Part shown: in pieces, positions 31,401-42,201 of the stretch | Layout: each line of letters begins with the position of its first letter | Position numbering within the stretch: the first letter of the stretch is position 1 | Origin: an uncultured bacterium | GTDB taxonomy: Bacteria > Verrucomicrobiota > Verrucomicrobiia > Limisphaerales > UBA8199 | Assembly: GCA_963749495.1 (NCBI GenBank) | Contig: CAVVMW010000015.1 | Coordinates: forward strand, 192,001-256,000 | Direction: 5' to 3' | DNA length: 64,000 nucleotides | Program-made: the position numbers and the translations under genes | Notes under the pieces: generated by a model | The model's database searches: none | What the model was told of the DNA's origin: nothing | The model's input: the letters and a program-made list of their open reading frames with translations, nothing else

Positions 31401-33845
31401 CAACGAGGGCTTCGTCTATCTGGGAAAGGATAACGGACGCCCTGTCTTTCGGAGCTCCGGAGGGTGGTTTCTTGTGAATGCAGCCTCCACCCAGATCCGA
31501 CGCCTGCCCGAGGGCTATATGTCCGGGATACAGCGCCTCACGGACCCAGTCCCGGACGGCCTGCCCCTGCCGGAGTGGGACATGGACCTCGCCGCCGCAG
31601 CCTGGCCCGACGGCCTGCGCGCGGGCTACAGCGCGTCGCCGTGGTCGGATGGATGGCCGGGGCGCGCGGTCTGGGCGGTGGTGTTTGACGACGCGCGCCA
31701 GCAGGCATGGCTTTGCACCGGGGCCGGACTGGCACTGCTCAGGCGGGGCCAGCGTGGCCTCGAACATTTCGGCTTCACCGAGGGCGTTAATTGCGGCCCG
31801 ATGCTCGACGGCCTCGAGCTTGGCGGCAAAATCTATTTCGCCACCGGCTGGGACGATGCGCGCGGCGGCTTGACCGTCTATGACCCGCAAACATCCGCAT
31901 TCAGCACCTTCTTCCGCTACGACGGCATGGATTCAGAGAAGGTGATTGGGCTTGCGGCCAGGGATGGCCAACTGGAGTTGCGCTTCGGCATCGAGTATCT
32001 CCGTTACGCCCCCGATGTCATGGGCGACCGGCGTTACCGAGCCTGCCCGCCCGGCCGCTTCGACCCCGCCACCCGCCGCTTCACTTCCGCCGGCCAACCG
32101 CAATTCCTCGCCCAACCGGAGGCCCAGGCCCGAGAGCGCAGTGAGAGGCAGGACTTAGGCCCCATGCCCTTCCTCGGCGGCAGGGTGACAAGACGCTATG
32201 AGCACGACGGCAGGACGTGGCTCTGTGGCGAACTCGGCCTTGTGGTCTTGCCCAGGCAGGAATCCGCCCGCCCGGTCTTCGGCTCGCTGGAAGTCAAGAC
32301 CCTCCCGAGCCTCAATCAGTCGCTTCGCGAGGAGGCGGCGCGCGTCAAGATCCGGAATCCCATTCCTCTTGAGACGTTGCGGACCCTGGTCGCCAGCAGC
32401 AACCGCTACGTGCGGGCCAATGCCCTGGCCGCGGCGATGATTCCGGTTCTAAAAGGCCAGGACGAATACGCCTCGGTCATCGCCACCTGCGTTCAGGATC
32501 CTTACCTCAACGTTCGCGCGACAGCGGTTTGGCTGCTCGACCAACTGCCCGGTAACGCTGAGGTCAGCCTGGCTCCGTTGCGCAAGGCCCTCGACGATGC
32601 TGACCCCTACATTCGGACCGTGGCCGCAATTGCGCTCGCAAAACGAGGTCAGCGGCCGCCGTTGGCGTGCTTTGAGGAGGTGCTGACAGGCCGGAACCGG
32701 TTCGGCGGCTACCCGTATGGGGCCGATTCCACCATAGGCGTGGAGGCCGACAGACTCCGCGCTTACGAAGCCCTCGCTCCCGGCGCGGACCGTGAGACCT
32801 TCGAGTTTCTATTAAGGCATCCCCTCGAACCATCCACCTACCCAGCCTACGCCCAGGTGCTCGCCTCACTCGGCTCGGCCTTGCGGAAACATCCGGACGC
32901 GGCTGAACCGCTTCTCCACGCCTACGACTCCGATCCGCAGAGGGCCTGGGACGGCCAGGTGCAATTTGCGCAAGCCGTGTTCAAATCTGCCGGGAGGGAC
33001 CTGCTGCCTGTCCATCGCCGGGCATTGGCCAGCCAGGACCGGGTGGTCCGCTGGAACGCCGCGCGCGCTTGCGGCAATGTCGCCGACCCCTCCTCGATCC
33101 CGCCGCTGCTGGACGCGCTGAACTTGGAGAGCGGCTTGGCCCGCGCCTCCATCGTCTGGGCCCTTGGGGAACTTAGGCCGGCGAGGCCGTCCCCAAGCTC
33201 ATCGAACTTTACACCGACGCCCGCAACGCCGAACACAACCGCAGTGCCGGGGCTGGCTTTCTCGCCCAGCAATCCATGGCAGCCAACCGTGCCCAATACA
33301 CGGCATTGCGCAACCTCGAGGCCATCGCCTCTGATTGGGGCGAACTAAGAATGGCCGCGACCGCCCGCCCCGCCGACCCGCGGCACGACGAAGAATTGCT
33401 CACCGCGGATCTCGTCCTCGAGGCCATACGCAAGATCGGCCCCCCCGCCCAGGAATTCTATCGAACCCTGGCTGGCGCGAACGAGGCATCAGAGCGCGCC
33501 GAGGCCGCCGTGGGTCTGGCCGAAGCAACTGGGGCGGACCGGGACAAGAGCCGCGCCGTCTTGAACAACCTGCGCGCCGACGCAGATCCCGGGGTGCGGG
33601 CTCGGGTCTTGGTCAGCCTCCTGATTTTGGGGGACCATGAGGTGGAGGCGAGCTTGCGAGACCGATTGACTGCCGGAAGCGAACCTGAACAGGGCGAAAT
33701 CCTCCGGGAACTTGCGCGCCTGCCAGGCCGACAACTCCAATTCGCGCGCAAGGAGATCGAAGCCATTGCTGGCAACGACCGCCTGCCGCAATTCCTGCGT
33801 GGCCGCGCTGCACCGCTTCTCTCCAAGCTGGAGACGGGCAATTGA
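28483..33845 (+). CDS. Giant secreted protein: TPR-like helical region, beta-propeller, HEAT repeats; three frameshifts (near 30630, 30781, 33178)
   Basis: Signal peptide MKQLAALWIF; bridging frames read through between ORFs 28324..30666, 30775..33348 and 33276..33845; HEAT motifs DPYLNVRATAVWLL, DADPYIRTVAAIAL, VVRWNAARACG. Confidence 0.7.
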
Positions 33846-33894
33846 ACCGGACGGAGTTCCGCTGCTGAAGCCCAAAAAGCGAATTTCATCCTAA

Positions 33895-34031
33895 CCTGAC
33901 TTCCCCGGCGATTTCTCAAAAACCCCACAAAACAGAGGTTTTCGTAGGTTTACTGGCTACATGTAGCAAGTAGCAAAACGTGGTTTCCCTGGGAAATCCG
34001 GGGGTTTTCAACGACGGCGCGGGAAGTCAGG
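33895..34031. mobile_element. 137-bp MITE with CTAA target duplication (IS1380-like ends)
   Basis: CTAA-CCTGACTTCCC ... GGGAAGTCAGG-CTAA, with subterminal AAAACCCC/GGGGTTTT. Confidence 0.7.
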
Positions 34032-34034
34032 CTA

Positions 34035-34109
34035 AGGAGCGCGGACGCCCTCGTCCGCGCGTCTGGAACCCCTCGGAAGAAACGCGCGGACGAGGGCGTC
34101 CGCGCTCCT
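34035..34109. repeat. REP doublet, same family as 15698-15766
   Basis: AGGAGCGCGGACGCCCTCGTCCGCGCGT ... ACGCGCGGACGAGGGCGTCCGCGCTCCT. Confidence 0.88.
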
Positions 34110-34156
34110 GATCCTGCGCTTCTTGAATCCGCCCCGAGCTTGCACCTTGTTCTCAG

Positions 34157-34933
34157 TCAGCCCGTTGCACACACGCTGCAATCGGACCGGCGGGTCGTTT
34201 TGACCGTGCGGAATGACATCGTGCGCAGGTCACAGGCCAGCAGCCTGCCCAGCAAAGGCTGACCGAGACCGGTCAGCAACTTGATGGCCTCCATCGCGCC
34301 GAGGCATCCCACCATGCCGGCTACCGCGCCGAAGACCGGGAACTGCCGCCGCCAATCGGCGGGCGGCTCGGGGCACAGGCACGCCAGGCACGGCGATTGG
34401 CCGGGAACGATGGTCGTGATTTGCGCATCGAGTTCATACATCGCACATTCGACCATCGGTTTTCCCTGCCGGACTGCTTCGCGGTTCATTAAAAAGCGCT
34501 CTTCAAACAGCGGCGCGCAATCCACGACAACGTCGGCTTGCCCGACCAAACGCGCGGCGTTGGTTTCGGAAACATTCCCGTTCACCGGGACCACATCGAG
34601 GCGGGGATTGAGCGCGCGCAGCCTGCGGGCGGCGCATTCCACGCGCGGACGGCCCAGCCAGTCGTGGGTCATCAGGATTTGCCGGTTGAGATCGCTCGGT
34701 TTCAAATTGCCGGCATGGGCCAGGATGAGTCTGCCGACGCCCGCCGCCGCCAGTTCGAGGGCGACCGCGCCCCCCACGCCGCCGCACCGCGACACGAGCA
34801 CCGACGCGCCCTTGAGCCGCCGCTGACCTGTTTCGCCAAAGCCGGCGACCGAGAGTTGCCACTCGTAAACCTGGCGCTCGAGGCCGGTCAGGGGCCGGTC
34901 TTGGTTGAAATGGGTCGCGCCTGGCTCAGTCAC
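34157..34933 (-). CDS. HesA/MoeB/ThiF family adenylyltransferase
   Basis: GQRRLKGASVLV, GGVGG, SDLNRQ, PCLACL, AMEAIK, CSVC; GTG start 5 bp after the modC stop. Confidence 0.9.
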   Translation of the reverse strand: MTEPGATHFNQDRPLTGLERQVYEWQLSVAGFGETGQRRLKGASVLVSRCGGVGGAVALELAAAGVGRLILAHAGNLKPSDLNRQILMTHDWLGRPRVECAARRLRALNPRLDVVPVNGNVSETNAARLVGQADVVVDCAPLFEERFLMNREAVRQGKPMVECAMYELDAQITTIVPGQSPCLACLCPEPPADWRRQFPVFGAVAGMVGCLGAMEAIKLLTGLGQPLLGRLLACDLRTMSFRTVKTTRRSDCSVCATG

Positions 34934-34937
34934 GTGG

Positions 34938-35579
34938 TCACTCCTGATGTTCCACTTTTCCATCGTGCAGGCGGAACAGTCTGTCGGCCAGTTGCTCGGC
35001 CTCGTCGAGATTGTGCGTTACGTGCAGGATGGTGACGCCCGTGCTCTGCTGCACGTTGGACAACAAGGTGTACATCTCTCGCCGGGTCTCGTCGTCCAAC
35101 GCGTTCAAGGGTTCGTCCAGGCAAAGGATGCCGGGCCGGGCCGCGAGGGCGCGCCCGAGCGCCACCCGCTGCGCTTCCCCGCCGCTCAGGCCGTACGGCT
35201 TGCGATCCAGCAGGCGCTCGAGGTCCAGCAGCCGGGACAGCTCCGCCACGCGCTGCTGCACCACGCCCCGGCCGGCCTTCTGAATCACCAAGGCAAAGGC
35301 GAGATGCTCGCGGACCGTCATGGTCTGAAACAGCGCGCGATCCTGCGGCACGTAGCCGATGCCGCGCTCGGCGGGCTTGAGCCGAGTGACATCCCGCCCG
35401 TTAAGCCGGATCGTGCCGCCGGCCACTCGCTTCAAACCACACAGCGCCTCGAGCAGCGTGGTCTTGCCCGCGCCGGTTCGGCCCATCAACACCGCATACT
35501 GCCCCGGCGGGACTTCGAAGCCGATGTCCTCGAGCGCAAACCCGCCTACCCGCACCGTGAGATGGTCCACCGCGATCAT
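34938..35579 (-). CDS. modC: Molybdate/tungstate ABC transporter ATP-binding protein
   Basis: GRTGAGKT, YVPQD, LSGGEAQR, CLDEP, HVTH; ATGA overlap with the permease. Confidence 0.8.
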   Translation of the reverse strand: MIAVDHLTVRVGGFALEDIGFEVPPGQYAVLMGRTGAGKTTLLEALCGLKRVAGGTIRLNGRDVTRLKPAERGIGYVPQDRALFQTMTVREHLAFALVIQKAGRGVVQQRVAELSRLLDLERLLDRKPYGLSGGEAQRVALGRALAARPGILCLDEPLNALDDETRREMYTLLSNVQQSTGVTILHVTHNLDEAEQLADRLFRLHDGKVEHQE

Positions 35580-36418
35580 AATGACAGCACCCGCTCCAAG
35601 GGCGCGCGCAAGCCGAAGCCGCGCGCGATCGCCAACACCACCAGCGCGGCGACAATCATAATGAGCGACACCGCCACTGCCGCCTCGATGTTCCCGATGC
35701 TCAACTCCAGGAACACCGTCGTCGGGAGCACCTCGGTGCGCAGGCGCGTCGCGCCCGAGAAGATCAGGATCGGCCCAAACTCGCCCAGCGCGCGCGCCCA
35801 GGCGAGCGTCGCCGCCGTCAACACCCCGCGCCGCGCCTCCGGCAAGGCCACGCGCCAGAAGGCCTGGCTGCGATTGCAGCCCAGGGTCAGCGCGACTTGC
35901 TCGCAGCGCGGGCTGATTTGGTCGAAGGTCACGAGCATGGTGCGCACCGCGAAGGCGCACGCTACGGCGAATTGGGCCAGGATGACACTGGGAATGGCGT
36001 AGGTCACCGGCACCACCCGCTGGACGGCCCGGCCCGGGGGCGTTTGGAACAAGATCAACAAGCTCAATCCGATGACCAGCGGCGGCAGCACAATCGGAAT
36101 GTCGAGGATGGCGTCCATCAGCCTCCGGCCGGGGAATCGGTGGCGTGAGAGGATATACCCGGTCGGCACGGCCACCCACAGGGACAATAACGTGGTCAGC
36201 GTGCAGGACACCAGGCTGAGCTTGATCGAATACCGAATCTCCGGACTGGCCATCGCCCGCAACAAGTGCCGCGGGGTGGTGAAGGAAAGATCCGCCGCGA
36301 GCATCGCCAGGATCAGCAAGACATAAACACTGCTCAGGATCGCCAACCCAGCCAGAAAAGGCCAATCGCGGCAGTGGCGGGTCGGCGGGGCGGGTGGCAG
36401 GCCGGCGTCGGGACTCAT
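35576..36418 (-). CDS. modB: Molybdate ABC transporter permease
   Basis: PIVLPPLVIG, EQVALTLG, WARALGEFG. Confidence 0.88.
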   Translation of the reverse strand: MSPDAGLPPAPPTRHCRDWPFLAGLAILSSVYVLLILAMLAADLSFTTPRHLLRAMASPEIRYSIKLSLVSCTLTTLLSLWVAVPTGYILSRHRFPGRRLMDAILDIPIVLPPLVIGLSLLILFQTPPGRAVQRVVPVTYAIPSVILAQFAVACAFAVRTMLVTFDQISPRCEQVALTLGCNRSQAFWRVALPEARRGVLTAATLAWARALGEFGPILIFSGATRLRTEVLPTTVFLELSIGNIEAAVAVSLIMIVAALVVLAIARGFGLRAPLERVLSL

Positions 36419-37915
36419 GGAGTCGAACCCGGTTGATAGCGCCAGCCGAAGCCCTCGGCCTCGAACCGTTCCCGCGAGGCGGTAGCCGTGAGCGCGTCCC
36501 GCAAGCGGGCCATGAGCTGCTTGTAGGGCGTGCCGCGGCCCACCGCGTAGGGCTGCGTCATGCGCGCCAGCGGATGCTCGATCGGGACCGCGTCCAGATA
36601 CTCGCGCACACCGGTCCAGTTGCTGCGGCAGGCGATAACGGCGTCGAGCGACCCGGTGCGAATCTGGTTGATTAGAAAATCCCCTGTTGGCGACTCCACT
36701 TTCAGGTTTTGGCCCAGCGCATCCGCGAGGTTCATTTGCGCCAGCATCTTCCAGGCGATGCTGCCCATCGCCGATTTCTCGTGATGCGGGAGGCCGACGC
36801 GCAATCCCGGCCGGGTTAAATCCTGGGCGGTGTGAATCCCCTTCGGGTTGCCCTTTTGCACGATGATCATCAAGTGATTGTCCACCACGTCCAGCGGGTC
36901 AAGGTAAAGGTCCGCCACGCTCTTCATGAACGACGTGTCGCAGGAGAAGTAGGCATCGGGTCGCTGCCCCGCGCGCATCTGTGCCACGAGGATGCCGCAG
37001 CCGTTGTACACCGTGGTGATCCGGCAACCCTCTCGCTGCTCGAACTCACTCAACGTTTTCTCGATCCCGGGCCGCAGCATCGCCCCGCTGAACAGGACAA
37101 TCCTGGGCTCTCCGCCCACTGGTCCCCATCCACCGGCCGATAGGAAAACCTCCGGAACTGCTTCAGCCCTTTGTCGGGCGCGCCCAGATACCGGGCAAAC
37201 CGCAACGCGGCGGCGGGTTGGGTGGAGGATTTCAGCACGCCGATGGTAATCGTCTCCTCCCCCGGGTCGAAAGACGGGACCGTCACGATCTCCAACTCCG
37301 GATACTGCCCCGCCGTGGCATCCCACACAATGCCCACATCCACCGAGCCGAGCTTCACGTCATTGGCGACATCGTTGACGGTCGGCTTGAAAACGGTGAC
37401 GCGCTTTTCCAACGCCGCCCATTGGCCCGCCGGCTGCAGCAGCGCCCGGACCGTCCGGCCGATGGACGCCGCGTCCGGATTGGCCATGGCCACTCGCACA
37501 TCCGCGCGCAGCAGATCCTCGAGGGTGCGGATGTGTTTGGGGTTTCCTCGAGCGACCGCGATGACCGGCCGTTGCCGCGCCAGCCCGATGGCCTCCGCCA
37601 GCAGGCCGAAGCCCCGCGCCGCCTTGACGTAACTCTCGTCCGCCGCCAGGAACAGATCCCCGGTGCGGGCGACGCGAAGGTTGCTCAAGAGTGTCCCGGA
37701 CCCGCCATATTGGAGCTGCACCCGCACCCCGAAGGCCAGCTCGTATTCGCGGGCGACCGCTTCGACCGGCGGCTTGACGCCGGCCGCGCAGAAGACGAGC
37801 AGGGGTTTCTGTCCGCCCGCCGCGGCGCGCGGTGAGGTCCGCGATTGCCAGAGCAACACGGCCACCAGCCCGGCGGCAACCGCCAACGAACCGACGACCG
37901 CCAGCCATTGCCTGC

Positions 37916-37919
<4 letters not shown>
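36415..37919 (-). CDS. modA: Molybdate-binding protein with two tandem ModA domains; frameshift near 37106
   Basis: Domain 1 CAAG, YGGSGTL, DLFLAAD, ANPDAASIG; domain 2 SGAMLRP, YNGCGIL, DAYFSCD; joined at DQWAES|PRIVLFSG. Confidence 0.8.
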
Positions 37920-38577
<658 letters not shown>

Positions 38578-38581
<4 letters not shown>

Positions 38582-39856
38582 CCCTCCCTCAACGCCACCG
38601 CCGGGTCCTGTTGCGCGGCGGTGATGGCCGGCAGCCAGACTCGCCAGCACCGCCAGCACGGGCGCGGCCACCAACACCAGCAACAACAGGCGCGGCTCGA
38701 GGAAGGGCATCCCAATCGCCGGTGCGCCCGGCGCTTCCCGCCACGCCGCCCCGATCGCGCGCCCCGCAACGTAGCCCACACACCCTCCCGCCAACCCGAT
38801 CGCGCCGGCCTTGCCGAGAACGATAAACAGAAGCTGGTGCGTGCGCAGCCCGAGCGCGCGCAGGATGCCGATTTCGCCGCGGCGATCGCGGACGTTCGCG
38901 AGCGCCAGCAGGCCGATCCACACGCTGCTGCCCACCATCACGACGGGGACCAGCACCGCCGCCAGGGCCTCCCGTTCGGCGCGAAGCGCGTTGCGCCCCT
39001 CCTTCTCCCGTTGGATGCTCGCCTGGGCTTCCGCCGACGCCCGCTGGCGGGCTTCGGCGCGGGTGAGGGCCTGCGAGGCATACTCGATCACCTGCGTGTC
39101 CGGCAGGATGCGGGCGATCTCCGGACGAATCCGGCCCAGACGGTCCAGCGTGTCACACGTGCAATCGAGCGCGAGAATGCCATTGATGAGACCCGGTTTG
39201 CCGAGCAGTTCCTGCGCCTCGGGCAGGCTAATCCAAACCGTGATGTCATCCTTGTTGCCGCGCTCGGGGTTCACCTTGCTCACGGCAAACTCGCGCCCCA
39301 TGAATTTGGCCTTGTCGCCGGCCTTGAGCGCCAGGTTGCGGGCCAATTCGTGGCCCAGAACCATCGCGCCCGGCGCGACCGGCTCGAGCAACGGTTTTTG
39401 CTGGTTGCTTTGGACATACACCTCGCCGCGCACGCCCATCAGCAATACCGTGCGCTCGCGCTCCGGCCACTTCACTTTCTGCTGCAACGACGGCAGGACG
39501 TGATTGATCGTGGCGACGCGGCTCCTGGCCAAACGCGTCGCATATTCCTCCGGCATGTACTTTGAGCCGAAATCGTCCGCGTACAAGTCGCTCAGATTCT
39601 GTTCCTTCGGCAGGATCAGCACATTAAAGCCCATTTTCAACATGAGCTTGCGGTAATCATCTTCCAGCTTGGCCATCTGCTGGCGGGTGGCCGCCTCCTT
39701 GGCGGCGATGATTTGGCCGGTGCGCGCGTCATGTTTTTGGAGGATCGCCAACTCAGCGACCAGGCACGCCACCGCCGTGGATGCGGAAATCACACCGAGC
39801 AGGAAACTCAACTTGCGGTGGAGCATCTCGCGAAACACGAGGCGATGGAGTTTCAT
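38578..39856 (-). CDS. FtsX-like ABC permease; frameshift near 38638
   Basis: NVRDRRGEIGILRALG; true C-terminus WLPAITAAQQDPAVALREG lies in frame 38578..38781. Confidence 0.85.
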
Positions 39857-39857
39857 A

Positions 39858-40997
39858 TCATCGGCGCCTCCGGCCGGTTCGACCTTTGAGCACCAGCGTT
39901 GTCAGGGCGAGGAAAGCCAGGCCCAGGCCCAGAACGACGACCAGGTTGCGCGCCAGGCGGTCGCGGCCGCGCGGCGCCAGGGTTGAGCCCGCCGCAGCGA
40001 GGGGACCGCTGGGTGGCGGGGCCGGCGCCTGGGGATTGGTTGCGGCGGCGGCGAACTGCGACATGCCGACCAGGGGCGGCGGGGGCGCAGGCACGGTTCC
40101 CTGGTAGCGCGGCACCGAGTTCCAGTCCGCCGCCAGCAGGAGGTCATAGCCGGGATTCATTTCCTTGACCTCGCATGAACAGGGGCCTGTAAGGAACTCC
40201 GCCATGTCACGGATAGCCTCCGGCTGAATCTCCTGGCCAATGGCCGGCGGCACCACGCGGCCACGGCCGAAGATCGGAAACAACATCGGCTCCTGGGCGG
40301 TCGTCAGGTTCGTGCTCCAGTTCAAAAGCAGGTTCACGAGCATGCGCTCGGCGGGGTCGGAACGCGCCACCCGCACGGTCGAAAACGCGATCCTCAAGGG
40401 CAAGGCCGGGTTGATCGGCGGATCGGCGGGCGCTCGTTCCGGCAGCACCAGCGATTTCTCCAATTTCCGAAGCTCGGCTTCGACCAACCGCGCGACCTCT
40501 TCGCTGCGCCGCTTGTCCCCGCTCTCCAGCAGGAGCCAGACGACCGCATCACCGCCCAACAGCTTTTGGGCAATTTCCCGCCGCGCAGGCGATTCGATGA
40601 GAGACCCCGTTGCCTCCGCGCCAAATGGCCCGGTCCAGGCCGGCCGTTCGATTCTCGTTTGCCGTGGATACCTCACCACCATCCAGGGTGGCGCCGGGTT
40701 CTCCTGGGTCTTCCACAACGCGCGCAGGGGCTCGGATACCTCACGGGCGAGGTCAACCGCGCTCACCGTCAGGTTCGCCAGGCCGCCCGGGCCCCGCTTC
40801 TCGACCGTTGCGAGCAGCGCCTGCTGTTCCGCGGTCAGCGGCGCGTTCTGGAACACGACGATCTGGTAGGAATCCGCCGCCCAACGCTCGAGCGCGTAGC
40901 GGAAGACCGGGACATCGCAGGCGGGCAACGCCAAGCACCAGAGCACCGGCGCCGCGCACCCTCCCAGTCGGAGCAATCTATAGCCAATTCTGCACAT
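39858..40997 (-). CDS. Exported protein with C-terminal membrane anchor, unknown function
   Basis: Signal-like N-terminus, ACDVPVFRYALERW, FPIFGRGR, GPCSCEVKEMNPGYDLL, terminal hydrophobic helix plus basic tail; first gene of the operon. Confidence 0.8.
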   Translation of the reverse strand: MCRIGYRLLRLGGCAAPVLWCLALPACDVPVFRYALERWAADSYQIVVFQNAPLTAEQQALLATVEKRGPGGLANLTVSAVDLAREVSEPLRALWKTQENPAPPWMVVRYPRQTRIERPAWTGPFGAEATGSLIESPARREIAQKLLGGDAVVWLLLESGDKRRSEEVARLVEAELRKLEKSLVLPERAPADPPINPALPLRIAFSTVRVARSDPAERMLVNLLLNWSTNLTTAQEPMLFPIFGRGRVVPPAIGQEIQPEAIRDMAEFLTGPCSCEVKEMNPGYDLLLAADWNSVPRYQGTVPAPPPPLVGMSQFAAAATNPQAPAPPPSGPLAAAGSTLAPRGRDRLARNLVVVLGLGLAFLALTTLVLKGRTGRRRR

Positions 40998-41131
40998 GCT
41001 CTCTTCGTCTTCGTCACCATGTCGCACCGTTGGCGGAAACTCAACCAAATTCAATCGCACCCCCGCCCCGAGGCAACGGGCGTGTCGGTCAACAGTCTTG
41101 ACTCAGAATCCCGGGCATGGGAAGCTTCCTT

Positions 41132-41566
41132 ATGAGTGTAACCGTGACCGCCGAGACCCCCGCAGGGATTCCTGCGGAAAAACTCAAGCAAGCCTTCGCG
41201 TGGATGGATGAAGCGAAAGAGATACCCAGGGACGTTGCTCTCGCCAAGGATGCCACTCTCTGGTTAGCCTGCGTTGATCATCTCCGGGAGGAGGAGGAAG
41301 AACTGCTCGAAAAAGGGAGTTACGAGGGACATCGTCCAAGATATCGCAAAGCCCTGGCAACCTTGGTCGCCGACGGCGAGCGGATCATTTACAGCCCCAA
41401 AGCGGCGGGCATCGAGAAATTCCCGGCGGGTTTCAGTCTCAAGGATTTCGAAGCGGCTGTGGAATCCGTGCGTGTGACCTTTCGCTGCGAGCACGCGCCG
41501 GAAAACACGCCAGCGGTAAACAGGCTGATCGAGAATTTGCTCAATGGCCCGCAACGAGCAAATTGA
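41132..41566 (+). CDS. Hypothetical protein
   Basis: 144-aa ORF of natural composition, overlapping a downstream ATG. Confidence 0.6.
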   Translation: MSVTVTAETPAGIPAEKLKQAFAWMDEAKEIPRDVALAKDATLWLACVDHLREEEEELLEKGSYEGHRPRYRKALATLVADGERIIYSPKAAGIEKFPAGFSLKDFEAAVESVRVTFRCEHAPENTPAVNRLIENLLNGPQRAN

Positions 41567-41666
41567 GGAAATCCTCACAGCTTGGTGGGAGTGGGATCAC
41601 TGTGCGCTTGGTCAGAAGGCCGGCGCTAAACTGAAACCTTGCCTAGACCCAGAGCAAACCGCCTGA
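41544..41666 (+). pseudogene. Short coupled ORF, probably truncated
   Basis: MARNEQIEEILTAWWEWDHC..., 40 aa, overlaps the end of the upstream gene. Confidence 0.35.
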
Positions 41667-41672
41667 GCCCCA

Positions 41673-41906
41673 ATGCCAACCGTCTTGCGAATCAAGGGCT
41701 ACCGTATCGGCTTCTTCAGCGCGGATCTGAACGAGCCGCCCCACGTGCATGTGACCAAGGAGGACCGGATCGCCAAGTTCTGGCTCCAGCCCGTCCGCTT
41801 GGTCAAGAACCGTGGCTTTGCCCGGCACGAGCTCAGCGAGATCGACGCAATCCTTGCGCAGCACGAACAAGAGCTACTCATCAAATGGCATGAATACTTT
41901 GGATGA
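41673..41906 (+). CDS. DUF4160 family protein (putative toxin)
   Basis: MPTVLRIKGYRIGFFSAD.NEPPHVHV, AKFWL, WHEYFG. Confidence 0.9.
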   Translation: MPTVLRIKGYRIGFFSADLNEPPHVHVTKEDRIAKFWLQPVRLVKNRGFARHELSEIDAILAQHEQELLIKWHEYFG

Positions 41907-42174
41907 AATCACCGTGACCCGCCTCACCAGCACCAGCGACACGCTCGCCATAGATTTTGACGACGGGCGCACCGTCAGCCTGCCCCTGATGTGGTACCCG
42001 CGCCTTTACCGCGCTACCCAGGCGCAGCGCGACCGCTACGAACTGGTCGGCCGCGGTTTCGCCGTGCACTGGCCCGACCTCGACGAGGACCTCAGCGCCA
42101 AGAGCTTGGCCCTGGGCAATCCCTCCATAGAGTTCCTCAGGCAACAGCGCGAAGGCGGCCAAGCCGCCGCGTAA
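41890..42174 (+). CDS. DUF2442 family protein (putative antitoxin)
   Basis: DGRTVSLPLMWYPRL, HWPDLDEDLS; overlaps DUF4160. Confidence 0.9.
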   Translation: MNTLDEITVTRLTSTSDTLAIDFDDGRTVSLPLMWYPRLYRATQAQRDRYELVGRGFAVHWPDLDEDLSAKSLALGNPSIEFLRQQREGGQAAA

Positions 42175-42201
42175 CCCCCTGCCCGCCTGCATCGCGTGAA
42201 C

